Part shown: piece by piece, positions 1 to 9,000 of the stretch
Layout: the number at the start of each line of letters is the position of its first letter
How positions within the stretch are numbered: the first letter of the stretch is position 1
Assembly (NCBI GenBank): GCA_964573245.1
Contig: CAZNJA010000013.1
Span: 1-33,043 of the forward strand
Origin: an uncultured bacterium
GTDB lineage: Bacteria > CAIJMQ01
Length of the DNA: 33,043 nt
Direction: 5' to 3'
The notes under the pieces: model-generated
The model's input: the letters and a program-made list of their open reading frames with translations, nothing else
Told to the model about the DNA's origin: nothing
The model's database searches: none
Program-made: the position numbers and the translations under genes

Positions 1-77
1 TTGTATCTTTGGGAAGAGATGGTAAAGAAGGCGGAGAGGGGCCTGATGCGGATATATTTTCGTGGGACATTGAGTGA
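1..77 (+). CDS. gspG: T2SS major pseudopilin GspG, C-terminal fragment (gene starts before the window)
   Basis: Not in the ORF track. Frame 3 reads VSLGRDGKEGGEGPDADIFSWDIE* (TGA 75-77), matching the GspG C-terminal S-x-G-x-DG-x-x-GG-x-G-x-D-x-DI-x-x-W motif; directly upstream of gspH. Confidence 0.9.
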   Translation, partial: VSLGRDGKEGGEGPDADIFSWDIE

Positions 78-597
78 GAAAATCAAAAATCAAATATCAA
101 ATATCAAATATGTAAAAAAAACGGGGTTTACCTTTCTTGAAATTTCTCTCGTTATTTTGCTTATCGGAGTAATTTTATCCCTTGTTTTGCCTAATATCGG
201 AATTCACAGGACAAAGTTGGACAAAGAAAGAGAACTGGAAAAAATATCCCAAACCATAAAATCTTTATATGATTTGTCTCAAGTTAGAAACTATGAAATT
301 GTTCTTTCGTTTGATTTAGACCAAAACAGCTTCCAAGCAGTATCTTTAAAGGATGGGGAGGAAAAGGTTTTACTGCCTGGGAAAAAATTAAGTTCGGTTT
401 TAACAATAAAAGATATTGTTAATGTCAAAGCAGATAAAATTACCAATGGAATAGTTTCTTTGGTTTTTAGCCCCGACGGTTTTGTCGAACCGGCGACTAT
501 TCATTTTATCGCCCAAAACACACAATTCTACACGTTTTTCATAAATCCCCTGACGGGTCAGAGCCATTTTGAAGAAGGGTATTGGGAGGATGAATGA
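70..597 (+). CDS. gspH: T2SS minor pseudopilin GspH-like
   Basis: Prepilin site G|FTFLE plus hydrophobic helix; C-terminal F-S-P-D-G and INPLTG motifs. Start probably TTG at 70 overlapping the gspG stop; ORF-track start 1 overlaps gspG. Confidence 0.8.
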   Translation: MSEKIKNQISNIKYVKKTGFTFLEISLVILLIGVILSLVLPNIGIHRTKLDKERELEKISQTIKSLYDLSQVRNYEIVLSFDLDQNSFQAVSLKDGEEKVLLPGKKLSSVLTIKDIVNVKADKITNGIVSLVFSPDGFVEPATIHFIAQNTQFYTFFINPLTGQSHFEEGYWEDE

Positions 598-1106
598 AAA
601 CTATTTCGGATTTCAGTCCGATGACTCCGAAAGGACGGAGTATACGGACTCTTCGGAGAATGCGGAATGCGGATTTAAAACCAAGGTATCGCGCTTTTTT
701 ATCATTTTTTGTTTCCACAATCCACAATCCACAATCTGCAATTAAAAGGGGTTTCACCCTTTTGGAGGTTCTTGTTTCTCTTGCGATTGTCGGTCTTACT
801 TTGACAGTTTTAATCCATTCCCAGATTTTATCCGTAAGGCAAGTAACCAAAGCAAAACATCATACAATTGCTTTGTTTTTGGCAAACCAAATTCTGTCTG
901 ATACGTTCATTCAGGATGAGCCGCTAATGAGAATTGAAGAAAATAAGTTTGAAGATTATCCCGGGTTTTCTTGGCAAAGAGAAGTAGAAGATTCGGATAT
1001 CGAAGACCTTAAAGCAATAAAAATAACTATATCAGGCCCCGAAAATACTCAAATTGTTCTCAACACTTATCGCTTGCAGCAGAACGTTATACAAACAAGA
1101 AGATGA
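594..1106 (+). CDS. gspI: T2SS minor pseudopilin GspI with a long repeat-derived leader
   Basis: KRG|FTLLEVLVSLAI; YPGFSWQREV motif; ATGA coupling to gspH. Confidence 0.82.
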   Translation: MKTISDFSPMTPKGRSIRTLRRMRNADLKPRYRAFLSFFVSTIHNPQSAIKRGFTLLEVLVSLAIVGLTLTVLIHSQILSVRQVTKAKHHTIALFLANQILSDTFIQDEPLMRIEENKFEDYPGFSWQREVEDSDIEDLKAIKITISGPENTQIVLNTYRLQQNVIQTRR

Positions 1107-1165
1107 TATGAAAAAATACCAATTCTCAATTTCTAATTTTCAATTATTGAATGCAAAAGGTTTTA

Positions 1166-1316
1166 CCCCGTTAGAGATAAGAAGTATGTGTTTTCCTATG
1201 TCTTAAGGAATGAAAAAATGGCAACTAATATACAGGAACTACCGAGGATTTACGGTCGCCACAGATACTCTCGGCTTTGCCGAGAGGCGAGCAGTGGCGA
1301 CCTATCTCTAACGGGG
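1166..1316. mobile_element. 151-bp MITE-like element (copy 1) inserted at the gspJ prepilin cleavage site
   Basis: Terminal inverted repeats CCCCGTTAGAGATA / TATCTCTAACGGGG; flanking direct repeat TTTA at 1162-1165 and 1317-1320. Confidence 0.9.
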
Positions 1317-1931
1317 TTTACTCTCGTTGAACTTCTCATCGCAATAGCCATTTCCAGTATTATCTTTTTGTCGATTATTTCCACTTACTCTCTGACTTTA
1401 AGAACGGTATCGCAATGGAACGATAGGCAAGAGGATTATTATCTTGCACGAAATATATTTAGGAAAATTTATACTGAAGTATCCTCGCTATATTTTATTT
1501 CCGATTTGCAAGTTGTTTCAACGCAAGAGGAAAAAACCGATTATAGCGGCTTGGAAGGAGACGAAAAAACTTTGAGTTTTTATACTACGGTAAAGTCTTT
1601 GTATTTCCCTAGTACGTGTTTAACGAAAGTTACTTATGAATTCATTGTTGATGAGGAGGGGAAAACACTTCTGATAAGGAAAGAAGAACCCGTAGTGAAT
1701 TTTCCTATTGAAGAAGACCCGTATTTTGAAACACAACCCAGACACAGCAAGTCGTATATCTGGGCCGATAATTTAAAGGATTTCAATTTCCGGTATTCGG
1801 ATGGAGAAGATTGGCATGATAGTTGGGATATTGAACAGACAAGCAAGGTGCTGAAATCTATCAAAATTGAGTTTGTCTCGTCCAACGAAGAGAAGTTTTC
1901 AACGATAATATATTTACCAATGCAGATATGA
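1218..1931 (+). CDS. gspJ: T2SS minor pseudopilin GspJ; original start (ATG 1108) is frameshifted by an inserted element, with a probable restart at ATG 1218 inside the element
   Basis: G|FTLVELLIAIAI; C-terminal FNFRYSDGEDWHDSWD. Removing the element and one TTTA fuses MKKYQFSISNFQLLNAKG|FT to LVELL in frame. Confidence 0.82.
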   Translation: MATNIQELPRIYGRHRYSRLCREASSGDLSLTGFTLVELLIAIAISSIIFLSIISTYSLTLRTVSQWNDRQEDYYLARNIFRKIYTEVSSLYFISDLQVVSTQEEKTDYSGLEGDEKTLSFYTTVKSLYFPSTCLTKVTYEFIVDEEGKTLLIRKEEPVVNFPIEEDPYFETQPRHSKSYIWADNLKDFNFRYSDGEDWHDSWDIEQTSKVLKSIKIEFVSSNEEKFSTIIYLPMQI

Positions 1932-3004
1932 ATAATAACTACAGGTTTTCGCTGTTCGGTTTTCGGTTTTCGGGAAATCATTTTAAAATTTTTCCACCAA
2001 CCACTATCCGGGAACCAATAACCGAAAAAGGTTTTGTGCTGATTTTTACGCTTATTATGATTGCTGTTTTGAGTGCGCTAACAATCGGTTTATCAAGCAA
2101 AATGAATCAAGAAATTTCGCTTTTGGAAAATTCATCCGATTATCTTAAAGCATCGGCGTTGGCTAAAGGAGGAGTCCAGTATGCGCTGGCGGTTCTTGAA
2201 ATGGACGAAGATTTCGAGGTGGATGGGCTGGGTGAGGATTGGGCGGAAGAAACTGTATTGACCTTTGGCGATGAAACTGTGAAAATAAACATAACGGATG
2301 AAAGTGGCAAAATAAATTTAAATTATCTTGATACAAAAAGCGAAAGGGAAAAAACCCTGAGAATCGAGCAAATGCTTGAACTTTGCGACAATATTAGTTT
2401 GGATTATGTTGTCGTTCCCGCTATCATAGACTGGACGGATTCCGATGTGGAAGTTAGCGAAATTTTATCGATAACGGTCGGAGAAAACAAAGGGGCGGAA
2501 AGCGATTATTATGAAGATTTGCCTTTTGCGTATCCATGCAAAAATGCGTCTTTTGATACAGCCGAAGAAATTATGATGGTGAAAGGCGTAGATAAAGATA
2601 ATTATTACGGGGAAAATGGTCTTGAAAATTTTGTTACCGTATTTTCCGGCGGTAAAATAAACATCAATACGGCAAGTGAAAATGTTTTAAAAGCTACGCT
2701 TCGGGCTTCGGTGTCGGCGTCTGAAGAAGAACAACCGGGAAATTTGGAATTGATGGATGATATTGCTGTTGCTTCCATAATGCAGTGGCGGGTTGATAAT
2801 ATGTTTTCCGAAATTCCTCAATTGAGTGAATTTTTCAGCGAGGAGGTTGTGAAAGTAATATCATCTTCCGGGCTTTTTGACGTCAAAAGCAATTTTTTTA
2901 TGGTTACATCATCTGCCCAAGTGGGCAAAATAGAAAAAAACATAATCGCGATTTTGAAGAGAAACCAGTCCGATATAAAAATAAAATATTGGAACGAAAA
3001 CTGA
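1928..3004 (+). CDS. gspK: T2SS minor pseudopilin GspK
   Basis: G|FVLI (no Glu5, as typical of GspK); ITDESGKINLN, AIIDWTD and GKININTAS motifs. Confidence 0.92.
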   Translation: MNNNYRFSLFGFRFSGNHFKIFPPTTIREPITEKGFVLIFTLIMIAVLSALTIGLSSKMNQEISLLENSSDYLKASALAKGGVQYALAVLEMDEDFEVDGLGEDWAEETVLTFGDETVKINITDESGKINLNYLDTKSEREKTLRIEQMLELCDNISLDYVVVPAIIDWTDSDVEVSEILSITVGENKGAESDYYEDLPFAYPCKNASFDTAEEIMMVKGVDKDNYYGENGLENFVTVFSGGKININTASENVLKATLRASVSASEEEQPGNLELMDDIAVASIMQWRVDNMFSEIPQLSEFFSEEVVKVISSSGLFDVKSNFFMVTSSAQVGKIEKNIIAILKRNQSDIKIKYWNEN

Positions 3005-3016
3005 TTAAATAAGCAC

Positions 3017-4480
3017 ATGAAAAAGTTCTTTGCTTTCGAAAAAGACAAAAACAAAATAAAACTCTTGTTGTTCCACATAAAAGAGAATAAAGTTTTTATA
3101 GAAGATTACCGTCAACAGGAAATCGGAATCGAAAGCAATGCTTCCGATGTTATCAAGAAGTTTCTTGCCGATAACAATGCAACGGGATTCAAAACGATTT
3201 GTTTTTTGCCTTTATCCTCTCTTTATTTAAGAAAACTTGCTTTCCCTTATAAGAGAATATCCAAAATAAAAAAGAGCATAAAATTTGCCATAGAGCCGCA
3301 TATTCCCATTCCCGTAGAAACCGCGAAGGTATTTTTTAGGCCGATTTACGTGCAAAACAATAAGCAATTCAATTTTTTCTTGTCAGGCGGCATTGAGGTC
3401 TTGTCGTTTGTTGTTCCCGAAGTTCTTTTAAACGAACAATTGGAACTTATAAATTCTTTAGGTTTAATTTGCAATGAAATTTATCTCGAACCGCTTTCTA
3501 TCTTTAGTTTTTTGATTTCTCGAGTCAAGGCAAAAGAGAATGTGCTATGGCTGTATGTTGGTAGCGATACCACATACATTTTCTCTGTGCTAAACGGTGA
3601 AGAACTTGCCGATTTAAGGCAAATACCGTTTGGCAAAGACGAAATTATGCAGGAAAACAGCGAATTAAAAAGAGAAATAAGCACGATTCTTCTTTCTCAA
3701 ACTCAAACTTCGCAACTTGGTGAAAATAAGGTTTCGGCAATTTATGTCTCGGGCAGGCCCACCATTGAAGATAAGGCGGGCGGGCACGAAATTTGCAGTT
3801 GGCTGGCCGAAACTTTTGATATCCCGACAAAGGCCGTGGAACTCGATAGCATACTATCCGTAACACGTTCCGTTGAGCCTGAAACCAAAGAGGAAATTTC
3901 AAGTTTTACTCCCGACATCATATATGCATCTTTGGCAAAAAGCGGCGATACGATGAATTTCTACCCTCCCGCTTTACAGGACAAGGAAAGGAAAGGTATA
4001 CGTGTTGCCTTTTTTCTCACGTTTTTTATTTTACTTATTATTAGTTTTAAGTTGCAGTTTGAAAGGAATATATACGAAGAAAAATTCAATACTTTGAATT
4101 CGCATATAGAAGAAATTTTCCTGCAGACTTTTCCCGACGCCAGAGATACGAGGACCCCTCTTCTTCAGATGAAAGCAAGAATAAAAGATTTGAGGGAAAG
4201 TTCCTCTAAAACAGATATCGTTTCTTTGAGTCCGCTGGAAGCGTTAAAGGAAATTTCCCGGAATTTGGCTAGCAGTTTGCAGATAGAACTTGACTATTTC
4301 AGGGTAAAAGAAAGTGATGTAACAATTTCAGGGAGGGCTTCTTCGTATGGCGATATAGATAAAATAAAATCGGCTTTGGAAAATTCGCCGCTATTTTCCA
4401 AGGTTGATATAGAATCCGCGCAGACAACGTCTCAAGGAGTAAATTTCAGATTGAAAATTGTCCCTGTTTTAAATAAGTGA
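3017..4480 (+). CDS. gspL: T2SS assembly platform protein GspL (PilM/PilN-like)
   Basis: Cytoplasmic actin-like region, single TM segment, periplasmic PilN-like domain (VTISGRASSYGDIDKIKSALENSPLF); operon position. Confidence 0.8.
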   Translation: MKKFFAFEKDKNKIKLLLFHIKENKVFIEDYRQQEIGIESNASDVIKKFLADNNATGFKTICFLPLSSLYLRKLAFPYKRISKIKKSIKFAIEPHIPIPVETAKVFFRPIYVQNNKQFNFFLSGGIEVLSFVVPEVLLNEQLELINSLGLICNEIYLEPLSIFSFLISRVKAKENVLWLYVGSDTTYIFSVLNGEELADLRQIPFGKDEIMQENSELKREISTILLSQTQTSQLGENKVSAIYVSGRPTIEDKAGGHEICSWLAETFDIPTKAVELDSILSVTRSVEPETKEEISSFTPDIIYASLAKSGDTMNFYPPALQDKERKGIRVAFFLTFFILLIISFKLQFERNIYEEKFNTLNSHIEEIFLQTFPDARDTRTPLLQMKARIKDLRESSSKTDIVSLSPLEALKEISRNLASSLQIELDYFRVKESDVTISGRASSYGDIDKIKSALENSPLFSKVDIESAQTTSQGVNFRLKIVPVLNK

Positions 4481-4492
4481 AAGAAGAAAGAA

Positions 4493-5017
4493 ATGAATAA
4501 AAAATTTGCGCTTTTTACGGGATATGGTATTGCCTTTATTCTCCTGTATTTGTTGTTTTTCATGTTTCCCACATTAAACAGGATAAACGTTTTGAAGAAG
4601 GCGATTCCTCAAAAAGAGCAGGAAGTCAAAGAAATGCAAACGCTTCAGGAAGAATATCTTGCCGCAAAAAAAGAATATGTTCCCGCATCCTCATCAACGC
4701 AGGAAAGCGAAAGCATTTTTTCTTTGGTGGAAAGAATCGCTAAAATGAGAGGTCTTGCGGAAAATATAACTTCTATAAAACCGTTGACTTCGGCTGCTCC
4801 GGTCAGAACGGACTTTTCGTCAAAGGAGGACGGTTTTCAGGAATCGAGTGTGGAAGTTAGGATGATAAATCTTTCCTTACAAAATCTTGTCAATTATTTA
4901 TATACTTTGGAAAATCCTCCTTATAGTTTAGGCATAAAGGATATCCAAATAACTTCTGCCAAAGATAAACTGTCCGTAGAAGTAACTTTTACGGCTTCCA
5001 GATTGGAGAAGAAATGA
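4493..5017 (+). CDS. gspM: T2SS protein GspM
   Basis: N-terminal TM, coiled coil, VEVRMINLSLQNLVNYLYTLE; follows gspL. Confidence 0.8.
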   Translation: MNKKFALFTGYGIAFILLYLLFFMFPTLNRINVLKKAIPQKEQEVKEMQTLQEEYLAAKKEYVPASSSTQESESIFSLVERIAKMRGLAENITSIKPLTSAAPVRTDFSSKEDGFQESSVEVRMINLSLQNLVNYLYTLENPPYSLGIKDIQITSAKDKLSVEVTFTASRLEKK

Positions 5018-5134
5018 AAATCAAGATACTCGATTATAGATGCTTGCAAAAAGTGTAACCAATATCTCACTTTTGTAAAGCGAAGCGTGTATTTCTGGAC
5101 TATAAATCGCGAACCGCAATCGCTGTTTTGCTGT

Positions 5135-5150
5135 TGGCATGTAAATTGCT
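5135..5150 (+). promoter_or_regulatory. Putative sigma-54 (-24/-12) promoter
   Basis: TGGCATG-TAAA-TTGCT versus consensus TGGCACG-N4-TTGCW: one mismatch, correct spacing. Confidence 0.65.
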
Positions 5151-5209
5151 CTTTACCGTATGAGGCAACTTAACATTGATAGGGTTAAAAGTCTTGCAGG
5201 TTTATGTTA

Positions 5210-5238
5210 TTGACAAATAAACACGTTAGTTTTATAAT
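5210..5238 (+). promoter_or_regulatory. Consensus sigma-70 promoter of the secreted-protein cluster
   Basis: TTGACA (5210-5215), 17-bp spacer, TATAAT (5233-5238): perfect consensus. Confidence 0.85.
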
Positions 5239-5277
5239 TCTCGAAACTTGTAGACACTGGATACAGTCTGTAAAAAA

Positions 5278-6042
5278 ATGGAGAGCAAATTCGTGAAGAA
5301 AAAATCATTATTGTTGACTTGTTCTGCTTTGGTTTTTCTTTTTTCATCCGTTTCTTGTGTTTTTGCGGGTAGTGCTTCAACAAAGGAATTGTTTTTCGGT
5401 CCTGTCGTAACGGGGCTGGGAGGGACAAGTCTTGTCGCTTCAAAAACTCAAGGGGAAACAGCCACTCTCAACAAGGCTTCTCTTGCCGCAGGAAAACAGG
5501 AAACTTTGCATTTTAGTTTGGATTTATCCAAGACATCGCTTGAAACTATGAAAAGTAAAGACTATGTGAGCATAGACGGCTTAAAGCCGCACGGCATTCC
5601 CGGCGAACCGCAGGTCCCTTTTCAGTCCTTCGTGCTTACTCTGCCTGCAGACAGCGAAGTTTTGGGAGTAAACGTCAGCGGTGTTGCTTACAGACCGATT
5701 TTCAACAAATTGGATATTGCTTTGGCTCCTATGCCTGTAAGCAAAACTGCGGTTGGAAATGGAGAGCGAACAGGCAAGCCGAATGCAATGCAAGTTATCG
5801 GGCAAACCGCCACCGGCGAAAAAACTGTGAACAAAAATGCACGCGTCAGTAAATGCAATACCTGCGACTCGGACTCTTTTTTCCCGGGCAATTTAGTCTC
5901 TTATATGACAAGCGGAGGCAGCGAAAATCTGCTGGTATTTATCAAATTTTTCCCGATGCAGTATGTCCCCGGTTCAAAACACGCAATATTAATTACTAAC
6001 GCGGATATAACGGTAAACTATCAAATTACAGGTAACGAATGA
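5278..6042 (+). CDS. Secreted stand-alone peptidase C25 (gingipain-type) propeptide protein
   Basis: Signal peptide; GIPGEPQVP...LTLP, FFPG and FFPMQYVP...NADITVNY fit the gingipain propeptide pattern. Start may be GTG 5293 (GGAGAG upstream). Confidence 0.7.
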   Translation: MESKFVKKKSLLLTCSALVFLFSSVSCVFAGSASTKELFFGPVVTGLGGTSLVASKTQGETATLNKASLAAGKQETLHFSLDLSKTSLETMKSKDYVSIDGLKPHGIPGEPQVPFQSFVLTLPADSEVLGVNVSGVAYRPIFNKLDIALAPMPVSKTAVGNGERTGKPNAMQVIGQTATGEKTVNKNARVSKCNTCDSDSFFPGNLVSYMTSGGSENLLVFIKFFPMQYVPGSKHAILITNADITVNYQITGNE

Positions 6043-9000
6043 AAAACAAAATGAAAATGAAAAAATATATTACTCTCACAATTAAAGGTTTCTTGAGTCT
6101 GCTTATTTTATTCTCTTTTTCCTCAATCGTTAAAGCCGCCGACTACAAATTTTTGGTTATCACCCCGGCAAAATACCAAGCCGTGGCGGAACAATTCATC
6201 GCTCTTCATGAGAATGCCGCCCTGCCGATAGATGTGCAAATGCGCGGCTGTTACGCTTTAGTAGAAGAGATAGAAGGCCGCTATAACGGCGAGCCCGGCG
6301 AGGAACCCGCTCCTGTTGGTGCGCCTGCGGTTCCTACTCCCGGGCCTGAACAGTACGGGTCAGAGGAGGAATATGAAAACGAATTAACACGCAAGATTGT
6401 CAGGTTCTTAAGGGGAGTTCTTAAATCCCCAGAAGAGTGGGTCGCGACCGACCCGAACAGACCGGGGCCATACGCATTTACTATACTTTACAACAGTTCT
6501 GGTGATACAATTAACCCAGAAGAAGCCAAATTCCAATATCTGCTTATTTTGGGAGATACCGGAGCGCCGGGACCTACGGGTACGACTTTAAACGGTGTTC
6601 CCGAAAGTTGGTATGTGTGGATGGACCCGGGTTACTATGACCAGGACCCTGATGCTGACGGCAGTTGGTTCCCGACCGATTTTTTCTATGCGTCGCCCGG
6701 CTATGAAGAGTGGACGCCTAACTTGAGAGTCGGAAGAATACCCGTTTACGATTTGGATGCTGCTGTTGCCAGAGGAGATGGAAAGGTTACAGAACTTAAT
6801 GTTGTGGATGAGGATGACCTTATCAATCCTTGGTCTGTTTTGGATGAATGCGATATATGCGATAGTCAAAGGGCTGCCGGCGGCACACGCAGCGCAGATA
6901 TATGGGTCCCCGGCGAATGGGAGACCGATGATACCGATACGCCGGCTTATGAGTTGGTAATAACCGCGGATGGAGGCGGAGAGAACCCTGCTCCTATCGG
7001 AACTACTTATATAATTTTGGATAATAGCGAAACCTGTCTTACGGTTTTGGGAGTACCGATTGATGATGGTGTAGAAGCAGAGACAGAAGCAGACATAGAT
7101 GACGGCGACAGTTTTGAGATACGGCAGACAACGGATGAAGCGCGAGCGATATATACCAAAGTTGCCGATTATATGGCTGAGGTTACTGCTCTTCCATATC
7201 CGAATACCGCATGGAATGCTTGGTTTAGAAAAGTCGTGACCGTTGGCGGCGATTCTCGTCCCGGTCTATTCAGTTTCTGGGACGAATTTGTTCTCGCCCA
7301 AATTATAAACGAAGGGTATTTTGAAGGAAATGAGGTTACCAAACTTAGGCATACTAATATAGACAATGTTCCTACGGACGATGATTTTACCGTAACTTCA
7401 CTTTCGCCATACCTTAATGATAAAGATTGCGGATTACTATTCCTTTTGGGAGGAGATACCGGTTTGGAAAACATTTTTTTTATAGATACTTTGCAGTTGG
7501 ATGATGCCTTCATAGATAATACAGACGTGTTTGCTTATACGTCACCACTTGATGACCGTATGCCCATTATGGTTTCTAATACTGCTGGGCATGGGCTCTT
7601 TGATTTTCCTAACATTGTTCCCGGGCTTGCATATCCTTCATTGGGAGCCGCAATAGTTCAGTCTGCTCTTGGCGGAGCGATAGCCTTTATTGGCTCATCC
7701 CACAGCACATATTCAGGGGTTACACCGTATTTTGACGATGGAGTGGTGAAGCAGGACCGCCTTTATAATTTTGATGAGTTATTAAGTTACACCGCAAAAA
7801 GTTTCCATTCTGCGCCGAGATTCCTCGGTGATATGTTCATGGGCTCGCCGTCCAGGCCCGGAGAGGGTCCTATTCATGATTTTATGGCATCAAATCTTGA
7901 TACGGAAGGCGAATTTTCATTCTGGTCACTGCACAAATCAGTTTGGGAATATACTTTGTTCGGGGACCCGGCGCTGCCTATCCCGTATCCTGTAACCGAC
8001 CCGATAGTAACAGGGACTTTTGCGCCGAGTTTGGCTTTTAATGAAACCACTTTAAGAAATAGAATACCTCAATATGAATCGCACGGTATAGGGGTTGACG
8101 AAATACCGGACGGCGGTTCGGCAAGCACTACTGTCAATGTAACGTCTGTAAAACCGGCGGCATATCCGGCAGTTCCCGAAGTAAGGATAACAAGGGTAGA
8201 TATAAGAAGGGATACAGGGGAAGAATATTCCGACACTCCTATTGTCAGCAGTTTAAACTACGTCTTTACTACTGCAAATACCGACCCCGGCTATTATTTC
8301 GTGAAAGTGGAACAGCCCGGATATGACAACACTGCTTCCGACTGGGGCAGTTGGTTTGGAAAAGAAACATGGATTTGCGTCCAGGAAGTCAATGAATTCG
8401 TTCCCACTACCAATAACATTTTGGTTGTAGATGATGATTGGGGTTTTCCTATTGTTACATATTCCGATACCTATGGTTACGAAGACTGGTATCTGAAGTC
8501 ACTTGAGACGTTGGGAGAGCCATTTGATATCTGGCATGTGGATTATGATGATGATTTATTCAATGTGATTAGTCCTCCAGAACATTCGGGCGATGATTGG
8601 GTATCCGGGACGGATATGGGCGATGCATTGATGCACGGTGAAGTTTATCAGGGATTGCTTGATGATTATGGTAAGGTTATATGGCTCACAGGTAACCCGG
8701 ATGGTTATTGGCATCCTGTCCCATATCAGACCGAATACTGGTTGAATGAAACGATTACTCAAGCAGAGCAGAATTATTTGATGGATTATTTGGATCTCAG
8801 CGGCCGGCTGTTTCTCTCGGGGCAAAGCATTATTGCGGATTTGGAATGCGAAGGCTATACGGAAGGACCTGGCGCACTTGGGTATTGTTACTGGCTCACC
8901 CTGGCCAACGAATTTTTATCCGATTATATTCACTTAAGCGCTGTTTATGCCGCATGGTCGAGTATTCATGGGCGTTTGGACCAGCTCGGGATTATTGCGG

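Noticed and set aside
1-69. N-terminal extension of gspH in the ORF track
   Set aside because: This DNA is the gspG C-terminus in another frame.
5014-5058. gspN or a small ORF after gspM
   Set aside because: Only 14 codons, made largely of a heptamer remnant; no recognisable similarity.
5408-5415. Lone TAACGGGG in the propeptide gene as an element end
   Set aside because: Only 8 bp, with no partner end or duplication; compatible with chance.
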